Below, in pieces: positions 14,489 to 30,339 of a stretch of DNA of 64,000 nucleotides. The number at the start of each line of letters is the position of its first letter. Position 1 is the first letter of the stretch. The stretch comes from Bigelowiella natans CCMP2755 (lineage: Eukaryota; Protista; Cercozoa), in assembly GCA_000320545.1 (NCBI GenBank), contig ADNK01001866.1:5201-69200 (forward strand), read 5' to 3'. The notes under the pieces were generated by a model. It made no database searches. It had not been told where the DNA came from and saw only the letters and a list, made by a program, of their open reading frames with translations. The position numbers and the translations under genes are program-made.

Positions 14489-14988
14489 CTAGATGTGCCA
14501 GGAAGACTCCGAATCCGTCGCAGACTTTAGTTTTTCTTGAGGTAGAAACACAAGTTCCGTACCCCCTGAAACGACATCATAGGCTCGAGCCTTCACGTAC
14601 CTAATAACAAGGAAAGCTGTCAATTATTGCTCTCATTCTCAATACTAAAGATGTTTTTCATTACGGTGGCGCATAGAGATGCAGCGAAAATGCAGGCCGC
14701 CCTGAAACGTTCCGAATACGATGGATGATGTCGCGATTTAAGTAGGTTACAGAATCCGGCGGTAACACTCCTGAGCGTACCAATTGGACACATCGCTCTG
14801 CATATTGCCTCCCGTCCCCGCGACCACTTGCCTTTGCTTTCTGGGTTTGTTCTTCGCATTCAGCTTGCTCCGCTGGAGTCATTTTCGTGGCGTTGCACAC
14901 GTAGTTCTCTTCAAGTAATTGTCCATCGAGGATCTGATATGTGGTTGAAGTTGTTCATGTCGATCACTCGCATCCAATGTAATATATG

Positions 14989-15029
<41 letters not shown>

Positions 15030-15295
15030 TTGTGTACAACATGATCTTTGTTGCGATGACGAGCATCCGACCTTAATCCAGTTGAAAGAGCCTTGATGGT
15101 CGTGGATGGGGGTGCCTTGGTCCTTGTCCCAGCACGTCAGAATCAGCATCCATTTTTCTGACTGCCCGATCAACACACGCGTGAAGTGCTCTGGGTGCAA
15201 TCTAATGATGATGATGATGATGAAGAAGATAATGACGATAATGATGATGATGATGATGATGATAGAGATAATTGTGAGTTCACTAGCAACAGCAC

Positions 15296-15326
<31 letters not shown>

Positions 15327-16173
15327 CATGAAAAGAAGGTTGGGGATGAGTACAAAGAAGAACAATCAAGATATTCTCCTCCTCCTCCTCCTCCAGCAGC
15401 TAATTGGTGTGGACGAAAAGCAGCAACCTTGCATGCATGCGCCACTCTTCGGGATTGATCTGTATCTGCGACATGAGGTTGGTGATTCTCTCGTGGATGG
15501 TGGCCTCATCGTCCCCCTTTTCCTCCCCCTTGATGAACACATCGTCGAGAAGCGACTGGAAAGCGGAGAGGTTGGAGAAGATCTCGCCGCCCCTCCACTC
15601 CCCAGGGTAGCTCTCGATGATCTGAGAGAACATCTGACCGTAGTGGACTACAGGGATCTTCTTCTCCTCGCCGTTGGAGCACTCATACGTCAACTGGAGG
15701 TAGGGCGGACTGATAATTTATGACGATGATGACGATGATGATGATGACGATGATGATGATGATGACAATGTGGGATGATAAAAATCATGAGACTTTTTAG
15801 TATTCATGGTGACAAAGATACTGTTTGCAGGAGAGTAATAGTATTAAAAGTGTAGCTGCTGCAAGGGGGAGTGGGGAACGATGAAGAAAGGGCTATCATA
15901 AGGAAAAACACAACTACCACACACATCATCACCACCACCACCATCATCGTCATCATCATCATCATCATCAATCATCACAAACTTACTACATACCTATACA
16001 CATGCAGAGACACTGCCGTTTCAGAATCATCACAACGGTTGCCAAGCTGGTGACTAGCATCATCCGGTCCCTCGTAAATCACGGGACTATGGACGTCGAT
16101 CACCTCAGACGATTCCACCTGAAGATCTACTTGATCAAGGCCAGAGCACTAATGGTGATCGTCGTCCGATACA

Positions 16174-16216
<43 letters not shown>

Positions 16217-16289
16217 CAAGAAGAAGAAGCAGAACAACAACAATACCATAAAAATCGATTATAATTTATACCGATGTGTTCGATGAATG

Positions 16290-16331
<42 letters not shown>

Positions 16332-17171
16332 ATTAGTATGGCCGCTGCTTGGAAATTGACGACGACCTGTTTCAATCTCATCTCCTCATCATCCTTAAAG
16401 TGAACCATCTTCAACTCTCCGGACAGCACCTATGCCAAAGATAGTAGCGAAACTAACATCAATGCACAATATAATACTACATTGTACATTCATACAAAAG
16501 GTCATGTTGTCCTTGCGAAGCTTTGCCGTATCACGCATCATTTCTGGCCTGCAATGAGGTTATTTCTGTTCTCCCATGCTCTCTATGCCATCATTGACTC
16601 CCCCCCCCCTCCCCCCTACCTTGAACCAGGAGTGCCTGTCCTCCCCATGACGGTGGGGTGGGGTTGATTGTCCTGGATTCCAGCAGAGAAGCATCACTGA
16701 AAATCTCTCGCTTAACTGACAGCAAAAACAACAACAATAACATTGAGCAGCTTGAGAAGGCGACAGAAGAGATGAACTGATGATGCCGTTGAAGAAGAAG
16801 AAGAAGGGCTGTTATTGCCAACAAGAGCATAGGAGAAAGGGGTGATGATGTAAGGCATGATGATACCAGCAGCAGGTTCCTCGTGTAGTTGCGCTCTCCA
16901 AAGTTGACGAATCGCTCCCTAGGGGGGAAGTTGAGTTGGGAAAGGTAAAAATAGTAATATGTAGGAAAAGAACCAACATCTCACGATACGATCACCCATA
17001 CAGAAAGGGATGTCGAGTATAGAAAAGTCTCTGGTAATGCAAACGAAGTTCTTGTTGTTGACAACCATTCATCTGGAGATAAGACCAACTTCTCCAGCAA
17101 GGCCTGCGTATCATTCTCATCATCATCATCATCATCATCATCACGACATATACGAGGCATACGCAGCGCAC

Positions 17172-17202
<31 letters not shown>

Positions 17203-17327
17203 CGTGTTCAAAAACCACCACCAGGAAGTACGACTACGGCATGGTAGTGGGACTTTATACAGGGGGGCACAATAAAGGCTCTTAATCATTCGGAGTAGCC
17301 ACAAGTTGCTGTTTTCCCAACACATCT

Positions 17328-17358
<31 letters not shown>

Positions 17359-18185
17359 TGCTATTATGATTATGATTATGATTATGATTATTGTTATTGT
17401 TATAGATCACCCCGATGGCGCGTTCCCCTCCGTCAGCACTATCAAGCTCTAGATTGACTCTTTCAACGAATGTGTCGAGGCTGCAAGGAGTAGGAGTCGT
17501 TCCGTCAATAAAATTGCAATTTTATATAAATCATCCTTCGGTTTGGAAAACAATTATGAAGATGCACACCGCAGAGAGAAGAGCGGCAACATTCTCCAAT
17601 GACATTAGAGGGGGGGGGGGTTGGTTTGAAACACACAGATATTAGATATAATACAGATGTATTCTCAAGGAGTCATGTCTCACCACACAGATCATCAATA
17701 CGCGACTTACCTGATTTTGTCCACATTGTTGAGTATGTTGTGTGTATCCTCCTCTGATGAGCGGTTGGTGTTCAAAGACAGCACGGTTAACCATGAGATT
17801 ACATTGGAGGGTGGGAAGAGAGAGGGAGGGGGGGGGGGGGGAGTCGCCTCGGGAAAATAGAGGAAAGAATGTGACTCTAAAGAACACTAGATACTAACGT
17901 CTTACGCAAATACTGTACTACCGTGATGATCTTCAACTGCTGGAGTATTACTGCGTTTACCTTGGTACACAGTTCCCAAAGATACAAGCTTTCGCATGCC
18001 TTCAGTAAAGGATGATGATAAATGGGTTGTTATCTCCAACATCGACAGAAGAGATGGTGGTGATCATAATAATAATAATAAAGCGTACATGCATATCATA
18101 CATGTATATATGTGTATGTATAATTTACATACATGAATGTGGATGTATGTCGCCATCATCTTCATTTTTCTCATCATCGTCATCG

Positions 18186-18216
<31 letters not shown>

Positions 18217-18814
18217 GTGCTGCTATGACGTACTTGTTACTCGGTCGAAAACGTAGCATTGACTGTAAGGAGGAGAGTATATATGCAGGGAAACGCATGG
18301 AGTATCGCTGCGAGGATTTCCCATCTAATCATCATCACAAACCATCTTTTCAGTTTTGGATTTTGATGATGAACAGTTCAGTGCATTTTTTTCGTGGAAG
18401 AAGAGAGCAATCGCAATCGTTCTCTCAGAACTCATTTTGAGCATATTTCATCGTAGAATAATCATCGTTTCTCTGAGATTGGGTACTTCCCTTGTGTATT
18501 CCGTGCGAGTCGTCGATGTAGGTTGCCTCGTTGGGGTTATAGACAGCCTCGCTAACCAGTCTCAACGCCCCCCCCCCCTCGCCCTCCGGAGGCATCTCGT
18601 ATATCGTTTCTTGAAGCTGTCATCATCAACGCGAGAAAAGGAGGATAAGACGACTTTTATAAATAAATAAATAAATTTGCATATGTATAAGTGCAAGGAG
18701 GGAGAAAGATGTGGGGAGCAATGAAGCAGGAGTTATAACAAATACCTGACCGTCGAGGACTTTTACCCAACAAGATGAAGAGGCATGACTATGGATTGGG
18801 CTCATCTGCAGTGC

Positions 18815-18855
<41 letters not shown>

Positions 18856-19887
18856 TATAAATACATATTAATAACTTCATTATCATCTCTTCCTTTCCCC
18901 TTATAAGGCCACTACTACTACTACTACTACTACTACTGCTGCTGCTGAACTACTGCCACGATAACGCACCTGGCCCCGCTCCCAACATAACAGCAGTACT
19001 GCGAAGTTTGGGTCAAATCCGACTAGCGTCCTTTAACATGGTAGTCACAGAAAGTAGCAGCAGCAGCAGCAGATACACAAAGAATACTGAAATAAGAATT
19101 TCAAAGGGAGCGGCTACCAAAAAAGATAAATTTAGCAAATGAAAACGTCCGAATCTTCGATCTTCGGTCTTCCATAGCCTCACCGCGGGAGGTGACAAGG
19201 TCAGCAAGGGTTAAGCAAAAAGGAAAAGAGTACGATTATAAGGGGAGAGGTACAATACGGATAGTAAAGGAACATCGACCTACCTCGTGTATCGATTGCC
19301 GATAAAGTGTGTGTACTGCCCCCATCTAATGTTGATATTGATCATACGTCAATGTACATACACATACGCCCGCATAAACACGCATTCGGATTCGCACTCG
19401 CACTCGCACACGCACTCACAAATTCATACACATACTCTTTTGGATTAAGTCTAAATGAGCTCAGAAGATTGGTAATCCTCTCTGCTGTAGCAGGGTCCTG
19501 CGGCTTCGTAATGTTCCCCTGTAATTCCTGTTTGAGTAACATAAAAGCAGATGTACACGTTCGGCAATTACACATCGCATAAATGCAGGAAAGCATACAT
19601 AGTATAATGCGAATAATTACCTTTCGAAGTTCAGCGACAAGGGTACCAAAGTCGGTAAAGACAGACTCCCTCTCCTCCTTGGGAAAGAGGATCGGGTGCT
19701 GCAGGTGTTTGGTCTCTATGCTGCTCTGCGCTTGTGCAGTCGATAGCCTGCGGGTGCTTTTCTTTCGGATCCCAGCGCTCATTGCTCCTCTCATAGGATG
19801 CCTTAACCTTGAAGTTTGTTTATATGCACGGCGAAGTAGGTCTAATCTATTCAGTTCCAAGGCGGATCTCATCTTGAGGCACCACAT
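14489..19887 (-). CDS. Protein with three tandem cysteine dioxygenase (CDO type I cupin) domains
   Basis: Spliced domain 1: YTR...CWERGQMSPIHSHASSSCWVKVLDG...GIHKMGNP...SLHIYSPPY. Domain 2: YTRNLL...CWNPGQSTPPHRHGEDRHSWFKVLSG...SHQLGN...SLHVYSPPY. Domain 3: FTRVL...CWDKDQGTPIHDHQGSFNWIKILDG...IHRIRN...SLHLYAPPY. Stop at 14489-14491. Start uncertain (19887, 19794 or 19782, or an upstream exon). Confidence 0.85.
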
Positions 19888-20651
19888 GGCGCGTTATGTC
19901 AGAGGCCTTTCCCTTAGCAAATTTCTTGCCCCTGCTCTGCAAAAGGACCTGCCTTCTTCTCCCCCCTTCAATATACGGGAAGAATTTGAGGAATCTGAGC
20001 TGCTAGAACAGGATAAGATCGTCAGTCTAACCTTTGATGATGAGAGTTGAGAATGGGAGCGGCGCCGCCTAAAATGGAGTTTTTGCCTCTTGGAAGGTGC
20101 TCCAGCCCCTGCGCCCGAATTCCGAACGGTAAAACAGAAGGAAATACAAGGGAATTTATACCTGCGACAACCCAATCGCTGCGAAGAGTTGGAAGAACAG
20201 TACCTGTCTCTGAGGGTACCCCATCTTCGCAGATACGACCTAAAGAAAAGGAAGGAATGTCGAATTTCTCCGAGCTATACATAAAACAACTTCCTCGCGA
20301 TGGATGACGATACTCCAAACAACAACAACTGGCGGTTCAGGATATTTCCTCGATGAAAAAATGACATGATTCGACATTTGATGTGCTGGATGAAAATGCC
20401 CTGAAACTACCAGCACAAATTAGCAATATTTGCTCGAGAAGGGAGGGTATGTGCTTGGGAGCAAATCGCTTCTTCGTGGCGGAATGCTTTTCGCTAATAA
20501 TATCGGGGAAACCTCTTGAATTTTTTTTCAGAGATTTGTCCGAGGAGGATCGCCGTCGCGAAATATCGGATTGTAGGCCAATTATTTGGGGAGACATGGT
20601 ATAACAGGCCTAAATTTATAATTGTGTACCGGTAGATCAGAAAACAAGGAG

Positions 20652-21238
20652 ATGGCGGTGACCTTGCACACCAACCTGGGCAACCTTAAGATCGAGCTCC
20701 ACTGTGACCTCGTGCCGAAAACATGCAAGGTATGTCTTCGATAATTAGATCGAATCAGATTAAATTGGAAGGACTGTGCAAGGGATAGAAAGTTCTTCAA
20801 TGGGGCGGCTGGGGAAATGAGAGTTGGATGGAATCAGCATCCTTAGTTCGCGCTTGCTGTTTATTTTCTTCTATTCCACCAAAATTTCTGTTATCAATAG
20901 ATGTTATCCTATGAATCTTACGTCTTTTCTGATTACATTTTCTTCCTCAGAAGATGGTATGAGACAATTTCACCGACACTAATTCGACCCCGCAATTCAA
21001 TTTCAGAACTTTCTTGCTTTGAGCGCCAGCGGATACTACGATGGCACCATATTTCATCGTAACATCGCGAAATTCATAATCCAAGGCGGAGATCCGTCTG
21101 GAACTGGAAAGGGGGGTGAAAGGTTCGTAGATTACCTCACTTTGCGTCGTGTCGTCTCGTCACTTCTTTTATTCTTCAGCATATACGGGAAGCATTTTGA
21201 GGATGAGATAACGAGTGCGTTGAAGGTACATTCCTCCA

Positions 21239-21288
<50 letters not shown>

Positions 21289-21666
21289 AATTCATTCCAT
21301 AAAACATTTTCCCTCAGCACTCGGGGCGGGGAGTTGTCTCGATGGCGAACAAAGGGCCGAACACAAACGGCTCCCAATTCTTTATCACATACGGCAAAGC
21401 AAAGCACTTAAACAACGTGAACACAGTCTTTGGAAAGTATGTTGCACAGAATTCTGCACATTAAAATCGATGCACATTCCATTATTAAATTTCCGAAAAG
21501 TTCTGACTAAACAATAATCCTCAGAGTGATACATGGATTCTCCACACTCGATGCAATGGAGCGTACCCCAGTTGGAAGGAAGGATAGGCCAGTAAACAAC
21601 ATCGAAATAAAAAGTGTCACAATTCACTCAAACCCGATAGCTGAGAAAGAAGAGCGTGAGTCGTGA
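20652..21666 (+). CDS. PPIL3: Cyclophilin-type peptidyl-prolyl isomerase, PPIL3-like
   Basis: Five exons: [26 protein letters not shown]|[39 protein letters not shown]|IYG...|[25 protein letters not shown]...TVFGK|VIHG...VTIHSNPIA. Confidence 0.92.
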
Positions 21667-22443
21667 TCAGACTGTACTTCTCGCACGGCGTGTATATGTG
21701 CGATGTTTAATTCAATAACCGTCCATGTATAAAACTTAACTACACGATGGATTAATCCAAATATACCACTTAAGTACGTGCTTAACCCAGTAGATCAAAA
21801 TATGCTGTAGTAAATATAATAGGTGCTATGCGCAGCTTTTTAGTACGACATACAATGTATGACTGTGCCTCCCGTTTAAGTACTGATGAGTAGGCTGGGG
21901 CAGCGCAGCCCGCCGTACGCGCTGCACTGCAAGACTCAGATGTGCTAGCATAGATTAGATTAGATCGGTGATCGTACCTGCGAACTTCACTGTTTGCACA
22001 TGTGTACAGGCGTACTGCTAGTATGATGCTTCTTATTAGATGTGGCGCGCACATGCTGAGCTAAGCATTAGTAGCCAAGCAAGGGGTTACTAGTAGGCTG
22101 CATTTGAACAAGCTGCGTAGAATTTAGATGATGTCTAACACACATTACATGATGCGAATCATCTTGACAGGAACGACTATCTAAAATTGAATCACCAGCT
22201 GCTCGACAAATGCTACATCTAATCTTGCGGCCAGTTCTCAAGGGACGTTTCCCTCAATAGTCTTTGCCCACTATCGCAGAGAGTAATCCGGTGAAATCTG
22301 CCATGCGAGTCAGATCACATAAAAATTAATATCATATTCATAAAATATATATAAATGTATAGAGCACTTGTCACGAAGTAAAAAATGAAAATATTCATGT
22401 ATAGAAATACAAATGTTGTAAGCGAAGTACTATACTGTATCTA

Positions 22444-22483
<40 letters not shown>

Positions 22484-22500
22484 AAATGTGTGTCTCTGCA

Positions 22501-22556
22501 TAGCTACATTAGGATGACCATTGAAAAAATTTAAACATTTCATTACATCCGTCTCA
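22501..22556 (+). repeat. Short dispersed repeat, copy 3
   Basis: TAGCTACATTAGGATGACCATTGAAA...TTCATTACATCCGTCTCA. Confidence 0.75.
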
Positions 22557-22720
22557 TAAATGTGTGTGTGTGTGTGTGTGTGTGTGAATATGTAGCTATG
22601 CAATTAAATCTAATGTGCACGTGTGTAAGCGTAGCTGATGATTTTTGATGATCAAGAGCTTCAGCTCTAAACATGAAAATCGATTAAAATATGAGCGGAG
22701 CTAAAATTGTGGCGGCGCAG

Positions 22721-23777
22721 TTACAGACCAACAAATGGAAGTATGAAGAAGTTGAACCCAATTATGGCAAAGAGTATGGTATTCACAGTAACAGCTGTTT
22801 TGGTTGAAACAATGAGCAAAAAAAGATCAAGATAATTTCTAATCTGTACATAAAAATTTATCGTTGTCATACATTAAAGTGCTGATCTCTACAGCGATTC
22901 GAGTTCTGTCTTCCTCACTCTCTACTCTCCCTCTCTTCCCACTGCGGTATATTATTGAAGTAATAAAGTACCGTCAATCTTTGAAATGTCAAGATTCTGC
23001 AGAGTGAATCCTGTGGAGATAGGAGGGATTTGGTCTTTTACTTATCGATGCGTGAAAATTAAGAATCACGAATGGAAACCTTCATCTTCTTCGCCTTCGT
23101 TTCTTCTTTTCCATGCGTCTAGTTCCGCCTTCGAAAGACACATTCGTGATTTATGGACCTCTTTAACAATGAAAAACTTCGTGCCACACGGTACAAAATT
23201 ATTACCTGGGCTTCTGGTGAGAGCTCAGTGTCGCCGTAAGATCTGCGCCTGGAACAAGTAAATTGAAAGTAAGACTTGCTAGATGGTGCCCACACGATCG
23301 ATGACTCACTTTCTTTCTTCTTCAGCGCATACCGATGTTGGATACCTAGTGAGAAGAAGAAAGTGAGAAGAATGGAACGCGGGCTCTGCTGTGGATTTGA
23401 GTCATAACAAATGTAACTCAACTTACCGATGATAAACATTCGATGCCCTCGTCAATCCCGACAATATTCTCGGTCGGAACTGCACGCGGCTAGTCTACAG
23501 GGTTATAACTAAAACTGAGTGCCTCTGTAACACAAAACCGCAAAGGATCAAATCCAAAAGAAAAATACAAGGCGAATACCTGCTGCACACTTGCTCTATT
23601 GCCCAGTACAGATCGACCACCCTCAAATGATGCGTAGACCACTACTGCAGCCACAGTAGCACACAATAAAAATATCGAACGAGATAAGTTCTGGCGACGA
23701 TTTGAGTTTCGGAGCAGCGGCAAGGAGGAGGGAGGGGAGGATGAGAAGGAGGGTGAGGAAGCCGGGAAGGATGCCAT
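22721..23777 (-). CDS. Small protein with bipartite-like leader and one C-terminal transmembrane helix (putative plastid membrane protein)
   Basis: N-terminal hydrophobic segment IFLLCATVAAVVVYAS followed by an R/S-rich segment. Short exons splice to ...NLDISKID|AVTVNTILFAIIGFNFFILPFVGL* (TAA at 22721-22723). Confidence 0.6.
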
Positions 23778-24003
23778 GGTCGGTCGCAAGAGACGTGACC
23801 GTTCTCGAGCGTTGCCACGTTTTTTTGGTGCGGCTAAAAAATCTCATGTCGCAAGGTGAAAAAGGGATGAAGAAGGGCTGGTTTATTATCGTTGAAATTG
23901 GAAAATGTGTTTGGAGCAAGTTGACGCAGAAGAAGAAGGGCATGGGTTTTTTACCAAAGAAATGTCGGTAAAATTAGTAGAAATCTCCAAAAACCATCCT
24001 GCA

Positions 24004-25535
<1,532 letters not shown>

Positions 25536-26414
25536 TGAAGGGTGGGGTGAATCGAAGATGATGACGCGACTTCGGAGTTACCCATCCGGAACTGAACTTG
25601 GATAGCGAATCCGAAGGAATTGCGTTATCGTTTCTTACATGTCTCTATGACATAAAAGCTGTTTGGGCTTATATTACTTACGCGTGTATTTGTAAATTAA
25701 AGTTGGTTGTCGTCAATTATAAAGGGAAAATGTATGTAGACACATAGCACCGTTTCACGGCTGCTGCATGATCATGCATACACAGGACACTGCGTGGTAC
25801 GTCATGCATCTAGATGTGTGATTCCCAAATCACACACAGCCCAAGCTTAGCATGTTTCAAGCACAAAGTTGTGATCTGAATGACTGCGTGGTGACGACGG
25901 ACCACATGAAAAGATTTGCGCGCACAGTCTGCTACACCTGCTGCTCATGGACCATGCTAGCATGCCCGACGTTTCACTTCCCTATACTGTTCGCGGCGGT
26001 AGCAAAAATGCGAAAATGCGCAACGTGGAAATTTGCCTACTGACGACACCACTGCTGAACTAAATTGCTAGCAATGGCGTGCTAGCGCGGTGAAAATCAC
26101 AGGCACATCATGTCACATGCCTTGCTGTGAAAACAATCTTTGTACAACGCATTCTAGCACATTTATACATTGATCATCATCACTAAAATCATCATCCCCG
26201 CAATGATGGACACGTGTGTTCAATGGACGTGTTCACACGTGCCACGTACATGCAATGTCAAACTCACAATTAATCAAAACGACTGGCTGATGCAGACAAT
26301 TATACAATAAGCAGCACGGAGTTCTGCTCGTGCTACACGCGCGACACAGACGACAAATCGATGCTGCTTTCAAGTGCATGAAGTACACAACAGCAGAGAC
26401 AAAATGACACAGTA

Positions 26415-26795
26415 CTAGCGCTGCAACTGTCACTGCTTTGCACAGTTGCATCTCACATTAAGATGACCATTGAAATGATCTGATCACTTCATATTGGTTT
26501 CGTTTCGTGTCCAGGTGTGATGTCGTGTGCTCAGTCTCTATAAGTCCAGTGTGCAGATCGAACAGCAGAGACATGAGTCCATCCATGTTCGAGCATGCGC
26601 GCAAGACGTGCATGTGAAGAAGCAAGTGCCACACGCGATGCGTAGTGTTTGCGCCTACAGCGCTACACGGCTAGTCTGCGTACTTCGATGCAATTTTCTA
26701 GATTTATCAGCCTACATTGCATTGGCATGCATGCAATGGTTAATGAACATGTCTAGACATGTACGGCACTAAATACGAGACGGATGTAATGAATG
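26415..26795. repeat. Dispersed repeat fragments (26415-26492 plus strand; 26777-26795 minus strand)
   Basis: CACTGCTTTGCACAGTT and GATGACCATTGAAA on the plus strand; GAGACGGATGTAATGAA is the reverse complement of the core. Confidence 0.7.
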
Positions 26796-27070
26796 AGTTA
26801 AATTTGCTATGTTGTTGATTGTTGCGTCGAGTAGCATGGCGCTGCCAACTGCCACCGAGATGGCTGTGAGGCTTGTACGCGGTACTTTCAGAACAAATCC
26901 AGCATGTTATGACGTGGCTACAGAGCACCCTTCCCACAATATGTAGCCTCAGTGATGTTAATTGCACCTCCAAAGTCGCTTTACCTGCTAGCCTGCCCCA
27001 GATCTTCTACTTGACGGAGAATAAAACTATTCATATTCGCACGTAGTACGTGCTATGTGAATGGAGCGGG

Positions 27071-27881
27071 TTATAGCTGACTTCCTGCAGCAGAGAAGGA
27101 TGGTCTTGTGACACAATTCAGAAACTTTTGTATCGTCGTAAAATACTTGGCCGTTTCTCGCAGGTACAGATCACTATGCTTAGCTTCAAAAGTTACAAAC
27201 CATTCCCTCTGGGGAATATCAGTGTCTGCTGATCCCTTTTCGTCACTTTCTGCCCGCTCATCGACAGAATCGTTTGTCATCGACACCGTTTCCCCCTTGT
27301 TTTTCCTCTCCACTCTGCCGTAGTCACCTTCGGATTTATTCTTCTGGAGCCTCTTCCATCGTCGCCTCTTGGCAATTCGGTATAGCTCCTTCATTTGCTC
27401 GGGTCCCACCATGTGATCATGGAGTCCCGAAAGGAATAATATCTGATTTTTTTTTGCCGATGACGGGGGGCGAGGGGGCGGGGTAAAGTAATAATTTGTT
27501 AATTTTGATAGGTAGGAATGCTATGTTGTTGATTTTAATTATGATTGGAGCAATTTTGAGACTTGTTAACAGAGGAAAACGTTCTGTTTCTTTGTGGCTG
27601 TAGTCGGTGTTTTGTTTGTACTAGCGCTACTGCATATTAAAGGGGATGAGGGTGTTGCAATGCATTCAAATCTACAGGGGCTCGTATTCGCGCGACTGCA
27701 TCACACGTTCGCCATTGTGAACGTAGAAATGGCCGCATGAATTTATCCGGAACAAGTCGCAGAGGCAAGAACACGCGCTCCTGAAAGCATGGACGGAGCA
27801 TATTTTAAGATACAGATAAATGACATCACAAACAAAATCTAGATCTCCCATAAGACAGAAACACACAACAGACACACACAG

Positions 27882-27912
<31 letters not shown>

Positions 27913-30212
27913 CGCAACACACATGCGCAAATGAACACACAATCCTTTCGATATAAATACAGCCGCCTACCTACTACACATCCGAACACGTACCAAAAAA
28001 ACAAGTAGAAAACATACAAAGTAGAAAACATACAATACGCGTCTATTTGTCAAGGCACATGTAATCACGAGACGACGAAGTACAGCCACCACATCAAGCC
28101 CCGCTATCGCTTGCTACTGGGAAAATCTTCGACAACGACGACAACTGCTACTAAGTGTTCCCTACCGCCATGGCACTGATTGAGAGGAAGGTGTTCTCTA
28201 ATACAACCCCTCTTATTCTGGCCGCATAAGCATCATCATCACCTGTTTCCATAATGGCAATAACATATTCAAAGTACCCTTCTCGTGAATAAATCAAGTG
28301 AAAAGAACTCTCGGTAAAATCTCCCTATCCACATCATTCTCACCCCCCACCTCCTCCCCCCATTCAGTCTTTTCTCCCCCCCCCCCCCCTCCACGCCTTC
28401 GGGTACCAGTTGATGCAGCGACAGAGGCAGCCACGGCACCTCCGAGTGATTGACCAAATACGAAAATCTAGGAGAGCATTATTAACAGCGTAGAAGACAA
28501 CGAACAACGGTCGGAAACATTACATTAGCGGTAATGCGCGGTGCAGAACTCTAGGATTAATAATGAAATGAACGATGACGCATGTCTCAGGATACTACTT
28601 TCATCAGCAGTTCCAAACCAATAAACATGAAGATATCAGTGAACAGAAACTCATCATCATCATCATCATCATCACGTCGTGCACTCAAAAACCTGTTCCC
28701 GGTCAATCGTCGGGTTTGAATAGAGGAAGCTCAGTGCAGCTTTTGCGTCCAGGATCAGGCCTGAGCGTGATTATTTTGTTTATTTATTTATTGAGTTTGA
28801 CCGAGATCTTGGATCCCTTTGTAACGACAACAGGGGACGGTTGCTTTCATCATCGTTGTGATGCATACGGCATGAACTAGGAGTAGTTGCTTTCTTTTCT
28901 CGGACTGTCTATCTAGCAAGAAACATCAACGCAGAAAAGACCTACCCTCCTCAGATGGCTCTCCTTCTGATTCTCCATAGCCACGATACTAGGGGTGATA
29001 CATACAACACGACATGTAGTATATCAAGCACAAGGTCGTCACGGTATTTCGAATATCGAAAGTATAGCAGTAGCACCCTATGTCACTATGTAAGATTAAT
29101 TTGAATATGTCACTATGAGAGGGCCCCCCCCCCCCCCCCTCCTCTTGCTATCCCTCCTCCCTCTCCACGCTTACGTGTGTTTTCTGCCAGAGTTAGGTTT
29201 GGTGGCAATAATGATGATGACGATGATGATGATGATAAAACTAACAGAAGCCAGCCAACTCGCAGATCTACTACTACTACGACGACATTGCCATCAGATC
29301 TCTTATCGATCCAACCTCTAGAAGAAGCAAGTTCACGCCCAAGTTATGGAACATCGAAGCATATTGAGCCAACCCACGACCCATGTTGCCTGTCAATTTT
29401 GATGGTAAGTTAGGTGCTGCCGTTCTCCTAAATTTCAGAATGCGCTCTCATTGCATATTCATGATGCAAAATGCTGCACTACAGCTGCTGCTAGCTAGGA
29501 TAATTCGTCATTACCAGAGTTCCCGTGCATGCAGAGAATCTATGGAGAATGGTAAACATTGCTATCAGGCAACAAAAACAACAACAACAACAACAACAAC
29601 TAACTAACGAACTCATCATGTTGTTCCCTGTTGAAAGCACGGCATGGGGGTACATACAGTACATCATACCGTTGGCACTTTGCGCTGCAGATCGAAGTCT
29701 GGCTGAGTCAGTAGCCATGCGATGATTGTAATCTGATGATGAATATCGGTAAGAGCAGGTGCTGGTGTTCGAAAGGAGGGGATGCATGCCCCTCTTCTCG
29801 AAACATAAGAAATCCGAACTGAATATCACCCCATCCTCCGTTTTGAGTCTCACGCTTTCAAAAGGGACTGTCCATTCCTGCGATAAGTAGTCAATCGTGA
29901 TGATTTGTAAACAACGAGATAATGTCAAACAGTCTCGCAAACAAACATATGATGATGAGAATAACATACGACCGTTGGAGATCGCTGATTTTCTGGGTTT
30001 TCGACATATCTTCGCTGCTGTCGGGCAATTTACCGTACCTAAGAGACATACATGGTTTGGAACGGAGTAATAAATAAAACAACTTCGGTTCATAGGGAAA
30101 AAACACAGTTCAGTAGTATCAATTGAGCTCTAAAGTTTCACCATGCATTAAAAAAAGAATTAAGGTATCATTATAAATAATATATATATATATATATATA
30201 TATATGTATACA

Positions 30213-30259
<47 letters not shown>

Positions 30260-30302
30260 CACGCGCGCACGAGTCTCTCTTTCCCCCTCCCCCCCCCCCC
30301 CC

Positions 30303-30339
<37 letters not shown>

